Source: Squalus acanthias (lineage: Eukaryota). Taken from it: a DNA stretch of 64,000 nt. The stretch is taken from positions 80,354,001 through 80,418,000 of the forward strand of contig CM059432.1 of assembly GCA_030390025.1 (NCBI GenBank), in the 5' to 3' direction. The notes under the pieces were generated by a model, which was not told the origin of the DNA, searched no databases, and saw only the letters and a list, made by a program, of their open reading frames with translations. Position numbers and translations under genes: made by a program. This document shows, piece by piece, positions 24,301 to 37,540 of this stretch. Within the stretch, counting starts at the first letter, position 1. Every line of letters starts with the position of its first letter.

Positions 24301-25573
24301 CCAGCAACGACAGGCCAGTCAGCTTGACCTCAGTAGTGGGGAAGCTTTGAGAAACAGTAATCAGGGACAAAATTAACAGTCACTTGGACAAGTGTGCATT
24401 AATTAAGGAAAGCCAGCACGAATTTGTTAAAGGCAAATCATGTTTAACTAACTTGATTGAGTTCTTTGATGAGGTAACAGAGAGGGTTGATGAGGGTAAT
24501 GCAGTTGACATAATGTACATGGATTTCCAAAAGTCTTTCGACAAAGTGCCACATAATAGGCTTGCCAGCAAAGTTGAAGCCCATGGAATAAAAGGGACAG
24601 TAGCAGAATGGATACGGAATTGGCTAAGTGATAGGAAACAGAGAGTAGTGGTGAACGTTTGTTTTTCGGACTGGAGGAAGGTATACAGTGGTATTCCCCA
24701 GGGGTCGGTTCTAGGACCACATCTTTTCTTGATATATATTAATGACTTGGATGTGGGTGTACAGGGCACAATTTTAAAATTTGCAGATGACACAAAACTT
24801 AGAAGTATAGTGAACAGTGAGGAGGAGCGTGATAGACTTCAGGAAGACATAGACAGGCTGGTGAAATGGGCGGACATGTGGCAGATATAATTTAACGCAG
24901 AAAAGTGCAAAGTGATATATTTTGGTAGAAAGAATGAGGAGAGGAAATATAACCTAAATGGTACAATCCTGAAGAGGGTGCACGAACAGAGAGACGTGGG
25001 CTATGTGTGCACAAATCGTTGAAGGTGGCAGGGCAGGTTGAGAAAGCAGTTAAAAATGCTTACAGGATCCTGGGCTTCATAAATAGAGGTATAGAGTACA
25101 AAAGTGTGGAAATTATGATGAAACTGTATAAAACACTGGTTCGGCCCCAACTGGAGTACTGTGTCCAATTCTGGGCACCACACTTTAGAAAGGATGTGAA
25201 GGCCTTCGAGAGGGTGCAGAAAAGATTTACGAGAATGATTCCAGGAATGAGGGACTTCATTAACGTTGATAGACTGGAGAAGCTGGGGTTGTTCTCCTTA
25301 GAGCAGAGAAGATTGAGAGGGGATTTGATAGAGGTGTTCAAAATCATGAGGGGTCTGGACAGAGTTGATAGAGAGAAACTGTTCCCATTGGCAGAAGGGT
25401 TGAAAACCAGAGGACACAGATTTAAGGTGATTGGCAAAAGAACCAAAGGCGACGTAAGAAAAAACCTTTTTACGCAGCGAGTGTTTAGGATCTGGAATGC
25501 ACTGCCTGAAAGGGTGGTGGAGGCAGATTCAATCACGGCTTTCAAAAGGGAGTTGGATAAATATCAGAAGTAA
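21380..25573 (+). pseudogene. CR1 ORF2 (endonuclease plus reverse transcriptase), disrupted
   Basis: [57 protein letters not shown]. Confidence 0.9.
22803..24271 (+). mobile_element. Solo LTR, 1469 bp, inserted in CR1 ORF2
   Basis: TG...CA ends; ATTG duplicated at 22799-22802 and 24272-24275; removing it restores CR1 gttacaccattgttcaaaaaaggg; TATAAGA at 23623 and AATAAA at 23919. Confidence 0.85.
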
Positions 25574-27427
25574 AAAAATTTGCAGGGCTACAGGGAAAGG
25601 GCAGGGGAATGGAAGTAGCTGAAGTGTTCTTGCAGAGAGCTGGCACGAGTTTGACGGGCCGAATGGCCGCCTTCCGTGCCGTAACCATTCTATGATTCCA
25701 TCATTCTATTTCACAAAGCACAAATGTTGCTAAAGTTACTGAGTGCGCCTTACTACACAAGCAGCAATGGTGCGCTACTTAGTTTAATTGGATAATCTGC
25801 CTAATATTTGGCTCAATGGTTGTTTTAATGCACTGGCAGTATGCACTTGTGACTGAATTACACTCACTTCGAAATACGAGACTTGGCATGGGCAGCACCT
25901 AAATGATTATTAACGCCAAGTCTGCTATTTTCCCATGACACTAAGTTGGTGTGAATAGTAATGAGATTTGCAAAATAGCACATTTAATAATTGCTTGACA
26001 ATGTGCTTTTCAAGGTTTTTTAAAAAAAAGAAATGACTTATCAAAATGCAAGTACTGGAAAAGATCAAGTCCCAATACGCCACAAATGAGCAGAAATTAA
26101 GTTTTAGTGTGAGTGCAAATATATATTGAAATTTTTGGACTAATTTTATGCATTTCATTGTACCATAATTTTGTGATAGTTTAAGGAGTCATCCATCCCT
26201 CCTTTCCAATTTTTGTTACTTCTCAGTGTTTTTCTTCCTAAGGATGCTTGGCAAGATTCAGGAACTCACAATGTAAGGAATCCTGGGTGCCTATGTCTTA
26301 TTACAGCTTGTCTAGAAACCAATGTGCTTTCTACCCCTTTTTTAATGCTCCTTTGCTGAAAGAGGTAACTCAAGCTGGAGTACAGTTCCATGGGTGCCAG
26401 CAGCCACCTGGTATCTTGGCCAATTGACCATTCATGGTGAGCTGAGACAGTGAGTCGCAACAGGCTATTTCACTGTGAGGTGCATCAGAGCAGAACGTGC
26501 TCATATCCTCACCCAGTTCCCACAGAAGTACACTCTCTGCCTGGGGTCAACGGACAACAATCAGGAGGGGAAATCCTGGCTCATTCAGTTTCCCAGAGCA
26601 ATAGATAGAATTGATTTATAAGACTGACAGCTAACTTTTTTTGAGTTTGATATTTTATATAAAAAAAAGTTTTCATTGTTTTGCAGTTTGGTGTTCCTGC
26701 AAAATTACCACAATTACTTTTTAAACCAGTGCATTTCAAACTTTTCTGTGTTTCTCCACTGCAAATATTTGACACACTTTGAGCACCCTTGAAAATATTG
26801 GCACATTCTAGAAACCTTTTGCAAACATTTGAAAATGTCATGTCCAAATTTGCCAAAAATAAGTACAAATTAAGTTTTACACATATTAATTGCATTTTTT
26901 TAACATGGATTTGATGTACTCCCAGCACCACCTGTCCTATATGGAAAAATACAGACCTCCGTGATCACCTCAGATCCATTTGTGGATCCCTGAAGGTCCC
27001 GGGACCTTAGTTTGAAACCTCTGTTTTAAGCAAATGGACAAATAAGCAGTCGTAATGCTTTGTTTAGTTTTACTAATATAACATGAACGTTTGGCACTTT
27101 TCCAGTGACCCAAACCATAGCTTTTTTATGTGCTATTTTGGGTTCATAAACATGATCTGGTTTTATACTTGTGGCCAGTAAAGCTTCCAAAATATGTATG
27201 GATAATTGAGCTCTGGGTATTTTAGAGCTTTGTCTCATTCCAAGCCCATTTCCTGGAATGTTGGAACATGTGGCTGGCTGCGAGTTGGACGTATTCCTTC
27301 CATTTTCTACTATTTGAACTTGGAGACTTTTGAAGCATTCCTGGTAATAATGTAATCAGTGACATGAAACACATGGCAATTGAATTAGTTTATTTTGTTA
27401 AAACATTAATCTATTGAAATGATTATA

Positions 27428-28128
27428 GGAACCAAATGGTTCCAGGGATGAGGAATTACAGTTACGTGGATAGACTGGAGAAGCTGGGGTTGTTCTCCTG
27501 AGAGCAGCGAAAGCTTCGAGGAGATCTGATAGAGGTGTTCAAAATCATGAGGGGTCTAGTCAGAGTAGATAGAGAGAAACTGTTCCCATTGGCGGAAGGG
27601 TCGAGAACCAGGGACACAGATTTAAGGTGATTGGCAAAAGAACCAAAGGCCTCAGCTCATCTGCTGCTGAAACCCTCATCCATGCCTTTGTTACCTCTAG
27701 ACTTGACTATTCAAATGCACTCCTGGCTGGCCCCCCACATTCTACCCTACGTAAACTTGAGGCCATCCAAAACTCTGCTGCCCGTGTCCTAACTCGCACC
27801 AAGTCCGGTCACCCATCACCCCTGTGCTCACTGACCTACATTGGCTCCCGGTTAAGCAACGCCTCGATTTTAAAATTCTCATCCTTGTTTTCAAATACCT
27901 CCATGGCCTCACCCCTCCCTATCTTTGTAACCTTCTCCAGCCCCACAACCCTCCAAGATATCTGTGCTCCTCTAAATCTGGCCTCTTGCGCATCCCCGAT
28001 TTTAATCGCTCTACCATTGGCGGCCGCGCCTTCAGCTGCTGAGGCCCTAAGTTCTGGAATTCCCTCCCTAAGCCTTTCCGCCTCTCTACCTCTCTTTCCT
28101 CCTTTAAGACGCTCCTTAAAACCTACCT
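27428..28128 (+). mobile_element. Chimera: CR1 fragment (27428-27650) joined to an L2 fragment (27649-28128)
   Basis: CR1 ...gattggcaaaagaaccaaaggc runs directly into L2 ctcagctcatctgctgctgaaaccc (ETLIHAFVTSRLDY). Confidence 0.85.
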
Positions 28129-28627
28129 CTGCAGGGTAAGACTTACCCTGCAACGGCACAGGACCCCGAATTTGCATATTTAAACAGCCTCCCGCCCGAA
28201 ACACACAGGTGCAGTTCACCCATAAACAGGCCCGCCTAAAAATCAGGCGAACCTTGGGCATCCAAGGAGTGGCCAGGGATTCCCCCCCCACCACCACCCC
28301 CCCACCCAATTTTCCTCTTCCAGCCGCCTGTTTTTTCAGGTGAGAAACAGACAGGCGTCAATTGCAAATCGTCCCATGATCTCCACTACGAAGAAGCTAC
28401 TATCAACCAAATTACTCCATTAGAAATTAGTCTTTTTTTCTGCAGGAAAACTACTTTACCTCTGCATTACACACAAGAATATATATTTACAAATATTACA
28501 CAAGGTTATTCACTTGAAGCACAGTATTACTCTGGGCAAAATAGGGATCCTCTAACTTTTTCACCTCTTCTGTGCCATGCTTTTATTTGAGTCAACAGCT
28601 TTTATAGAACATCACAGATTCAATAAA

Positions 28628-30174
28628 ATCATAGAATCATAGAATAGTATGGCACAGACGGAGGCCATTCAGCCCATCGAGTCTGTGGTGGCTCTTTCCC
28701 CAAACCCCTGCAATTTTTTCTCCCTCAAGTATTTATCCAATTCCCTTTCGAAGGCTACTATTGAGTCTGTATCTACCATGCTATCATTCCAAATCCTAAC
28801 CACTCGTTACGTCGCCTGTGGTTCTTTTGCCAATCACCTTAAATCTGTGCTCTCTGGTTATTGACCCTTCCGCCAATGGGAACAATTTCTCTCTATCTAC
28901 TTTGTCTAGACCCATCTTGATTCTGAACACCTCTATCAAATCCCCTCTCAACCTTCTCTGCTCCAAGTAGAACAACCACAGTATCTCTAGTCTATCCATG
29001 TAACTGAAGTCTCTCATCCTTGGAAACATTCTTGTAAATCTTTTCTGCACCCTCTCTAAGACCTTCACATCCTTCCGAAAGTGCGGTGCCCAGAATTGGA
29101 AACAATACTCCAGTTGAGGCCGAACCAGTGTTTTATAAAGGTTCATCATAACTTCCTTGCTTTTGTACTCTATGCCTCTATTTATGAAGCCTAGGATACC
29201 GTAATACTTTTTTAACCGCTTTCTCAACCTGCCCTGCCACCTTCAACGATTTGTGCACATATACCCCCGGGGCTCTCTGTTCATGCACCCCCTTTATGAT
29301 TGATACCCTTTAGTTTATATTTCCTCTCCTTGTTGTTCCTACCAAAATGTATCACTTCGCACTTTTCTGCTTTAAATTTCATCTGCTATGTGTCTGCCCA
29401 TTTCACCAGCCTGTCTATGTCTTCTTGAAATCTATCACTATCCTCCTCACTGTTCACTATGCTTCCAAGTTTTGTGTCACCTGCAGATTTTGAAATTGTG
29501 CCCTGTACAACCAAGTCCAAGTCATTAATATATATCAAGAAAAGCAGTGGTCCTAGTACCGACCCCTGGGGAACACTACTGTATACCTACCTCCAGTCTG
29601 AAAAACAACCATTCACCACTACTCTCTGTTTCCTATCACTTAGCCAATTTTGTATCCATGCTGCCACTGTCCCTTTTATTCCATGGGCTTCAACTTTGCT
29701 AGCAAGCCTATTATGTGGCACTTTGTCGAACGCCTTTTGGAAGTCCATGTACACCACCTCAACCACATTGCCCTCATCAACCCTCTCTGTTACTTCAACA
29801 AAAAATTCGATCAAGTTAAACAAACACGATTTGCCTTTAACTAACAAACTCATGCTGGTTTTCCTTAATTAATCCACACTTGTCCAAGTGAATGTAATTT
29901 TGTCCCGGATTATCGTTTGTAAAAGCTTCCCCACTACCGAGGTTAAACTGACTGGACTGTAGTTGCTGGGTTTATCATTACACCATTTTTTGAACAATGG
30001 TGTAACATTTGCAATTCTCCAGTCCTCTGGCACAATTCCTGTATCTAAGGAGGATTGGAATTTTATGGCCAGTACCTCTGCAATTTCCACCTTTACTCCC
30101 TCAGCATCCTAGGATGCATCCCATCCGGTCCTGGTGATTTATCTACTTTAAGTACAGCCAGCCTTTCTAGTACC
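28628..30174 (-). mobile_element. 5'-truncated CR1, same subfamily as 19946-25710
   Basis: Tail atcatagaatcatagaat; RT peptides YMDFQKAFDKVPH, RPQLEYC. Confidence 0.92.
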
Positions 30175-30673
30175 TAGAAAATAGAATATGAAAGTAAGCT
30201 TGCTGGGAACATAAAAACTGACTGTAAGAGCTTTTATAGATATGTGAAGAGAAAAAGATTAGTGAAATCAAGTGTAGGTCCCTTGCAGTCAGAAGCGGGG
30301 GAAGTTATAATGGGGAACAAAGAAATGGCAGCCCAATTAAATGCATATTTTGGTTCTGTCTTCACAAAGGAGGACACAAATAACCTCCCAGAGATGTTGG
30401 AGAACATACGGTCTGATGAAAGGGAGGAACTGAAAGAAATCAGTATTTGCAGGGAAATGGTGTTAGGGAAATTGACGGTATTGAAGGCCGATAAATCCCC
30501 AGGGCCTGATAATCTACATCCTAGGGTACTTAAGGAAGTGGCCCTAGAAATAGTAGATGCATTGCTGATCATCTTCCAACATTCGATGGAATCTGGAACT
30601 GTACCCATGGATTGGAGGGTAGCTAATGTTACCCCACTATTCAAAAAGGGTGGTAGAGAGAAAGCGGGGAATT
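30175..30673 (+). mobile_element. CR1 ORF2 internal fragment of a different subfamily
   Basis: FGSVFTKED, KADKSPGPDNLHPRVLKE, VANVTPLFKKG. Confidence 0.88.
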
Positions 30674-30907
30674 ACATCCTTTTTAATGGGGACTATGGCA
30701 TCAAAGGTAGAGGTGAGGGTGAAGTTGAACAGATTGGTAGATGCAGAAATGTCATGAATGGAGGGCCAAAGTGCAGTTGTAAGTGAATTGGGAGAGAGTT
30801 TTTTCCGGGGATGGACTCTGCTAACTTCACCTCCGCTTTCGGCAGAAATCAAGAATTCCTCCAACCCTCATGAGCCAGAAGTGTGAATTCCATCTCCTTA
30901 GATTGAT

Positions 30908-31724
30908 GGCGCGGAGTCTTAACCCCCAAAAACGGGCGTGTTTGAGTCGGGTGGGATGTTAAAATGTTAAAAATCTGAATACGACCCCAACCCGATTTTA
31001 ACGGAGGCGAGTTGGCAATTTATTATTACGTGCCTCGTACTTAACTATCATTTAAAATTTAACCCTGGCCGGCTCAGTTTTCTAGGCCTCAGGAAATCTG
31101 ATGGCTAAAAGGAGGTGCCTTACCTGCTGGATTCAGTTTACCTGCTTCACCAACCCCCCCAACCATTCCGATCCCCCCCCCTCCCCCCAACTCTTCTGAT
31201 CTCTCTCCCACCCCCTGCCCCACCCCCACTCTCCCCAAACAACCCTTCTGATCTAATCCATGAGGCCTCTGATCCCCCCCCCCCCCACAACCACTCCGCC
31301 CCCAGCCTTTCCGAGCCCTCTCTCCCTCCTCTCTGCTTCACGGCAGGGGCCTGGTGTTGAAGGCCTACCCGCCCGACTGTCAGCCAACCTCTCAATCTGG
31401 CTGGCTGCGGCTGGGAAATGGAGATAAAAAATGGTAATCGGGTCCTGTCATTAAATTCGGCAGGACCTGAGGGAGACTTGTTTCTTCCGGGTTTCTCGAT
31501 GTCAAAGCCGTGGGAGCCGATTTAATTATGTTAATGAGTGTCTCGCCTCTCCATGGTGAGGCACTCGGATGCCACGAAACCCGCCCCCATAAAAACAGCA
31601 ACATATGCGGCGGGTTGGGCACGCGTTCCCCATTTGTTTCATTTTTAACCTCCCAACCGACCCTCTCCCGCTTGTTGCGGGGGGCGGGGAGGTGGGGTGG
31701 GGAGGGGGTTTAATATTGAGGCCA
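30908..31724. mobile_element. Probable Harbinger-type MITE
   Basis: GC-rich block with weak inverted ends ggcgcggagtcttaaccccc and gggggtttaatattgaggcc. Confidence 0.5.
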
Positions 31725-31863
31725 TTATGTTCACAGCACCTTCTGCAGCTAGATGGGAAAGACATTCTAGGTCACAGACTTCTTCATTGTCATTGCCATT
31801 AAACTGTAGGGGTAGGTAGACAAGTAGGAGAGTTTGGTTCATACCAAGACTGTATTTGTTCCT

Positions 31864-33343
31864 ATTTTTTCTTATTCGTTTATGGGATGTGGGCGTCGCT
31901 GGCAAGGCCAGCATTTATTGCCCATCCCTAATTGTCCTTGAGAAGGTGGTGGTGAGCTGCCTTCTTGAACTGCTGCAGTCCGTGTGGTGAAGGTACTCCC
32001 ACAGTGTTGTTAGGTAGGGAGTTCCAGGATTTTGACCCAGCGACGATGAAGGATCAGCGATATACTTCCAAGTCAGGATGGTATGTGACTTGGAGGGGAA
32101 CTTGGAGGTGGTGGTGTTCCCATGAGCCTGCTGCCCTTGTCCTTCTAGGTGGAAGAGGTCGCGGGTTTGGGAGGTGCTGCCGAAGAGTGAATGTTTAAGG
32201 TGCTGGATAGGGTTGCCAATCAAGCGGGCTGCTTTGTCCTGGATGGTGTTGAACTTCGAGTGTTGTTGGAGCTGCACTCATCCAGGCAAGTGGAGAGTAT
32301 TCCATCACACTCCTTACTTGTGCCTTGTAGATGGTGGAAAGGCTTTGGGGAGTCAGGAGGTGAGACTCTCGCCGCAGAATACCTAGCCTCTGACCTGCTC
32401 TTGTTGCCACAGTATTTATGTGGCTGGTCCAGTTAAGTTTCTGGTCAATGGTGACCCGCAGGATGATGATGGTGGGGGATTCGGCAATGGTAATGTGTTG
32501 AATGTCAAGGGGACGTGGTTAGACTCTCGCTTGTTGGAGATAGTCATTGCCTGGCACTTGTGTGGCGCGAATGTTACCTGCCACTTATCAGCCCAAGCCT
32601 GAACGTCGTCCAGGTCTTGTTGCATGTGGGCATGGACTGCTTCATTATCTGAGGAATTGTGAATGGCGCTGAACACTGTGCAGTCATCAGCGAACATCCC
32701 CATTTCTGACCTTATGTTGGAGGGAAGGTCATTGATGAAGCAGCTGAAGATGGTTGGGTCTAGGACACTGCCCTGAGGAACTCCTGCAGCGATGTCCTGG
32801 GGCTGTGATGATTGACCTTCAATCACCACAACCATCTTCCTTTGTGCTAGGTATGACTTCAGCCAGTGGAGCGTTTTTCCCCCGATTCTCATTGACTTCA
32901 ATTTTACTTGGGTTCCTTGATGCCACACTCGGTCAAATGCTGCCTTGATGTCAAGGGCAGTCATTCTCACCTCACCTCTGGAATTCAGCTCCTTTGTCCA
33001 TGTTTGGACCAAGGCTGTAATGAGGTCGGGAGCTGAGTGGTCCTGGTGGAACCCAAACTGGGCATCAGTGAGCAGGTTATTGGTGAGTAAGTGCCGCTTG
33101 ATAGCACTGTCGATGACACCTTCCATCACTTTGCTGATGATTGAGAGTAGACTGATGGGGCAGTAATTGGCCGGGTTGGATTTGTCCTGCTTTTTGTGGA
33201 CAGGACATACCTGGGCAGTTTTCACATTGTCGGATAGATGCCAGTGTTGTAGCTGTACTGGAACAGCTTAGCTAGAGGCGCGGCTAGTTCTGGAGCACAA
33301 GTCTTCAGCACGATAGCCGGGATGTTGTCAGGGCCCATAGCAT
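31864..33343 (-). mobile_element. Family-B LINE, 5'-truncated
   Basis: 269-aa RT ORF at 32416-33225; 3' end matches 5105-5300. Confidence 0.92.
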
Positions 33344-33507
33344 TGTAAAGTGTTGTGTCCGAATTGAAGAAAATCATCCTCATAAAGGTGACTGACAATC
33401 CAACTAACCCAGTCCACGTAACATCTGTTTGGAAAACCAGCACTGGGACCTGCTCAGCAGAAATGTTGGCTAAATACTGGTTCAAATCATGCAGTACACT
33501 AACTACT

Positions 33508-34322
33508 CATAAGAACATAAGAACATAAGAAATAGGAGCAGGAGTAGGCCAATCGGCCCCTCGAGCCTGCTCCGCCATTCAATAAGATCATGGCTGATCT
33601 GATCCTAACCGCCAATCTACTATCTATCACAGAACCATCTCCTGCATCTAACAGAATTGCACACACGAAATAGGAGCAGAATCAGGCTACACAGTCCCTG
33701 GGCCCGCTCCACTACCCACAGGGCCATGACCGAACCGAACCTAGACTCATGTCCAAATTCCTGCCCGCTCCCCGTAACCCTTAATGCCCTTTACTTCTAG
33801 GAAACTGTCTATTTCTGTTTTAAATTTAATTAATGTTGTAGCTTCTACAGCTTTTTGTGGCAGCATATTCCATGGACCTACCACCCTCTGAGTGAAGTAG
33901 TTCCTCCTCATCTCAGTTTTGAAAGAGCAGCCCCTTATTCTAAGACTATGTCCCCTAGTTCTCGTCTCACCCGTCATCGGGAACATCCTCCCCGCATCCA
34001 CCCGATCCAACCCCTTCATAATCTTATATGTTTCAATAAGATCGCCTCTCATTCTTCTGAACTCCAATGAGTAGAGTCCCAATCTACCCAACCTCTCCTC
34101 ATATGACCACCCCCTCATCCCCGGGATTAACCGAGTGAACCTTTTTTGCACTGCCTCGAGAGCAAGGATGTCTTTCCTTAAGTAAGGACACCAAAACTGT
34201 ATGCAGTATTCCAGGTGCGGTCTCACCAATACCTTGTACAACTGAAGCAATACCTCCCTATTTTTATATTCTATCCCCCTAGCAATGAAAGCCAACATTC
34301 CATTTGCCTTCTTAATCACTTA
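33508..34322 (-). mobile_element. CR1 3' fragment with AAGAACAT-type tail
   Basis: ORF 33747-34319 (RPHLEYCIQFW, RGDLIETYK); tail taagaacataagaacataagaaataggagc. Confidence 0.92.
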
Positions 34323-35130
34323 CTCAGTACTCAAAATATTAATAAAGGAAGGCAATTGTTTAAGACAAAAGTTGCCACTTGCAGAAAATTCTCAGTTAAA
34401 GTAAAATGACAGATTTTCTTTATTTTCTATCCATTATAACAGGCTCTTGAACATTTGGGTATAAAGCTGTTTGGTGTATATATGTTTATATAAATCACTG
34501 GCCAAAGAGGCTGGGCCAAGTGCAAAATCCTTGAGGAGTCCAAAGCATGTGGATATTTGTGGGGGTTGTCTGCAGATCCAATGGTAGATGACAGGGAAAA
34601 GAAAATTGAATAATCAAACTGTCTATTGAACTGTTTCCTCACGAACGATTTAGAAGCGGATGGTTTTCAGTTCACAATCTGATGAGGAAGCTAGAGTTGT
34701 TGTAACAGTTAGTAGGGAACCACTGCCAAGACCCCTTTCACAGAGTGTGACGAGGGGGGTCTGGCTGGTTGAGCTGGGTCACATTCATCCCACGAACAAA
34801 CACTCTGTTCCGTGGCACTTACAACAGGAAGCTGCTAGATTCCCTGGCTGCATCAGCGGTGGGGGCAGAGGCCGAACTGCAGTTTCATTCACAGACACTG
34901 GGATGGCGCTGGGCCCAGCCTCTATCTGTGAGTGCTGTCACTGCATCTTTTCAGTTCAATTCATGATGCAGATCAGATTTTATAATCCTTTTCCTTTCAC
35001 TGGAGCCAGTTCTCTCCTGTGAGCCAAAAACATGCTTTGTGAAAACAAAAAAAGAATAACTCAGTACTTCAATGCTGGTTTCTAAGCAAATGAAAAACTA
35101 TTCCCATTTTTAACTTATTTATTTTACTCC

Positions 35131-35192
35131 TGTGTGTGTGTGTGTATATATTTATATATGTGTTTTTTATATATATATACACACACACACAC
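35131..35192. repeat. Compound (TG)n/(TA)n/(CA)n microsatellite
   Basis: Directly visible. Confidence 0.85.
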
Positions 35193-36849
35193 AAAATACA
35201 TATAAATCCTATGTCTCGAAGGGAAACAAAGAATTGTCAGATTTATCCAAAATCTTTGGAAATCCAAAGATCGTGATTTGGGTGAAACGGATTGGCCCTG
35301 CACTTTGCCAGTACTGGGGTCAGGGTCCTATGTTTTGCAGCACTGGGGATTTCTGCAGTTCAATAGCACAAGGGGGTGGTCCTGATCTTCACTAGCACTG
35401 AAGGGGTGGTCCTAGAGTTTGGTAGTACTACGGTGGGGATCCTGGGGTTTAGCAGCCTGAGGGAGTATTTTATGGATTGGTAGTAGTGGGGAGGGATTCT
35501 TGGGGCTTGCAATTGCTAGAGGGGGCTGAATCTTACCAGTATGGTGGAGGGGAAAGTGGGGTTTGTTTGATCTCAAGGGTGTAATGTGGGCCTCGCAACA
35601 AAAATGTGGGAAAAGATCTCAGGGGTCTGGTAGCACTTGGGGTGGGGGGGGGGGGATTTGAAGTAGTTTTTGATTGGTTCTTATAAAATAACTAAACGTT
35701 TTCAGCTACAATATTAAGTAAACACATGGCTGCTTTAATAAACATCACTTGCCAAAATGCACAGCACCTTGCTTTTTGTGTCAAACGTTACCTCATAAAA
35801 CATTCAAGCTGTCATGTTTTATGCCGTTCCCAGTGGGTCCCAGAGTGTGAGAATGGGGGAAGGGTGAAAACATTAATTAGTGTTTCCTTCAGCAACTACA
35901 GTTGTACAAATAACCTTTGTAAGAACAATTATTATTTGCAATTGTCAAGCATAAGCAAAGCAGGAAACAGGGCCCCGGAACTCTGCAATGCGGAGATTCC
36001 AGCATAGTAGGTTGAGGAGGACCTGCTGGGACCCTCCGTCTCTGACTCTGGCAGATATTCTGGAATCAGGAGTAGGTTCCCTAATTTTCTTGCCAACAGC
36101 AAGTGCTCGCATCTAGGGTGCTAACCCACCCAAAGAAGCCAGACAGTCCGGCCAAAGACTGCTGGGCCATGGGTGGCAGCAGGGAGAGGGGAAAAATACA
36201 CAGCCAGCATCAGGCCATAAGCCCATTTTTTGGAAACTTTCAAGTGGGTGGTGCTGTGGAGTTCTGCTGCATCACCACCTACCTTGGAGACAAAGTTTGG
36301 AGGATTCAGAGGTAAATCAAATGAATAGATAAATTTAATCATGACAGAAAAGTGTGACAGACAGGCATGACAAAAAAAAGCAGTGTGGGAATAGGGTGAC
36401 AGGAAAATGTAACATATACAGTAACAGGAAGTCCGTGATCTGCACAAGACTTATAATATCTGATTGGCCGATCTGCTGTGGAGTTGGCCATGTTGAGTTG
36501 GATGATATAATGTTTTATTTCATGCAACATACAGTACAGGGGTAGAATTTCAACTTGCTGTCTGGGCGTAAAACTGGTGCTGTGGATCTGCTCGATTTTC
36601 ATTTTCATTGAAATCAAAACCACAATACAGAGCCCAGCTTCATTGATGCAGAGAAAGCATCTTGCTAAATCTTACATCACTAGAAGTAGTTCCTTTAAGT
36701 AGTTGGTTATCTCTGTCCATGAAATTTCCTCCAACTTAATGTCAGAAAACTGAAGTCATCCTTTGCAGCTCTCGTTAGCATCTGCATGCCTCTGGCCTTA
36801 ACTTCATTGACCTCTCCAGCTGCCACCTCCAGCTACATCCAGAAGTATG

Positions 36850-37540
36850 TAACCTCGGTGTACTGCTTGATCCTGAGCTGAACTTCCTTCCCTACATCTG
36901 TTCCATGGCTAAGGCTATTTTCTTCCACCTTTATAACATTGACTGCCTGTGCCTTACCTTTCCCCACTGCTACTGAAGCTCTAATCCACGTCTTTATTAC
37001 CTCAGGTTTCGATTTCTCTAATATCGGCCCAGCTGGCCTACTGCCTACATTCTCTGCAAATTACAACTCATTCAGAATGCTATGGCATACATCCTCACCC
37101 ACACAAAATCCTGCACTCTCATCACTCCCATCATCACTCCCTGTGTCCCTAAAAATTGATTTCAAGATCCTCGTGCCTATTTTCAAATCCTTCAGTGGCC
37201 TTGTCCTATCCTATGTCAGTGATCCCCTCCAGCTGTACAACTTCAGATGCACCCTTTACTCATCCAACAGTGATTTGTTCCTGTTTATTTCCCCACCCAC
37301 CCTGAACAGCAAAGGCTATTCTTATAGCATTCATGTCCTGCTTTCTTGAACTCCCTCTCCAACTCCGTCCACCTTGCCATCTCTGTCCTGTTATCAAAAT
37401 CTCCCAAAAAACCCTTCCCTTCAACCTGAACTTCATCCTCCCTAACTTTTTTCTGCTTTTGTTTTTCCTTACTACTTGGCATCCACTGATTTCCATCACC
37501 TTATAAAGCAATTTGTGACATCTTTCTATATATGAGAAAT
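36850..37540 (+). mobile_element. Old L2 3' fragment
   Basis: EALIHVFITSGFDFSN, KIDFKILV. Confidence 0.7.

Larger units (their letters stand above)
19946..25710 (+). mobile_element. Near full-length CR1 LINE (5' UTR, ORF1, ORF2, tail), interrupted by a solo LTR
   Basis: Repeated GGAGGCGGAGTATAAATCGAG in the 5' UTR; ORF1 and ORF2 motifs; tail ccattctatgattccatcattctat. Confidence 0.93.

Noticed and set aside
26240..26600. Conserved non-coding element
   Set aside because: Loosely resembles 15990-16190, so more likely an old dispersed repeat; cannot be classified by eye.
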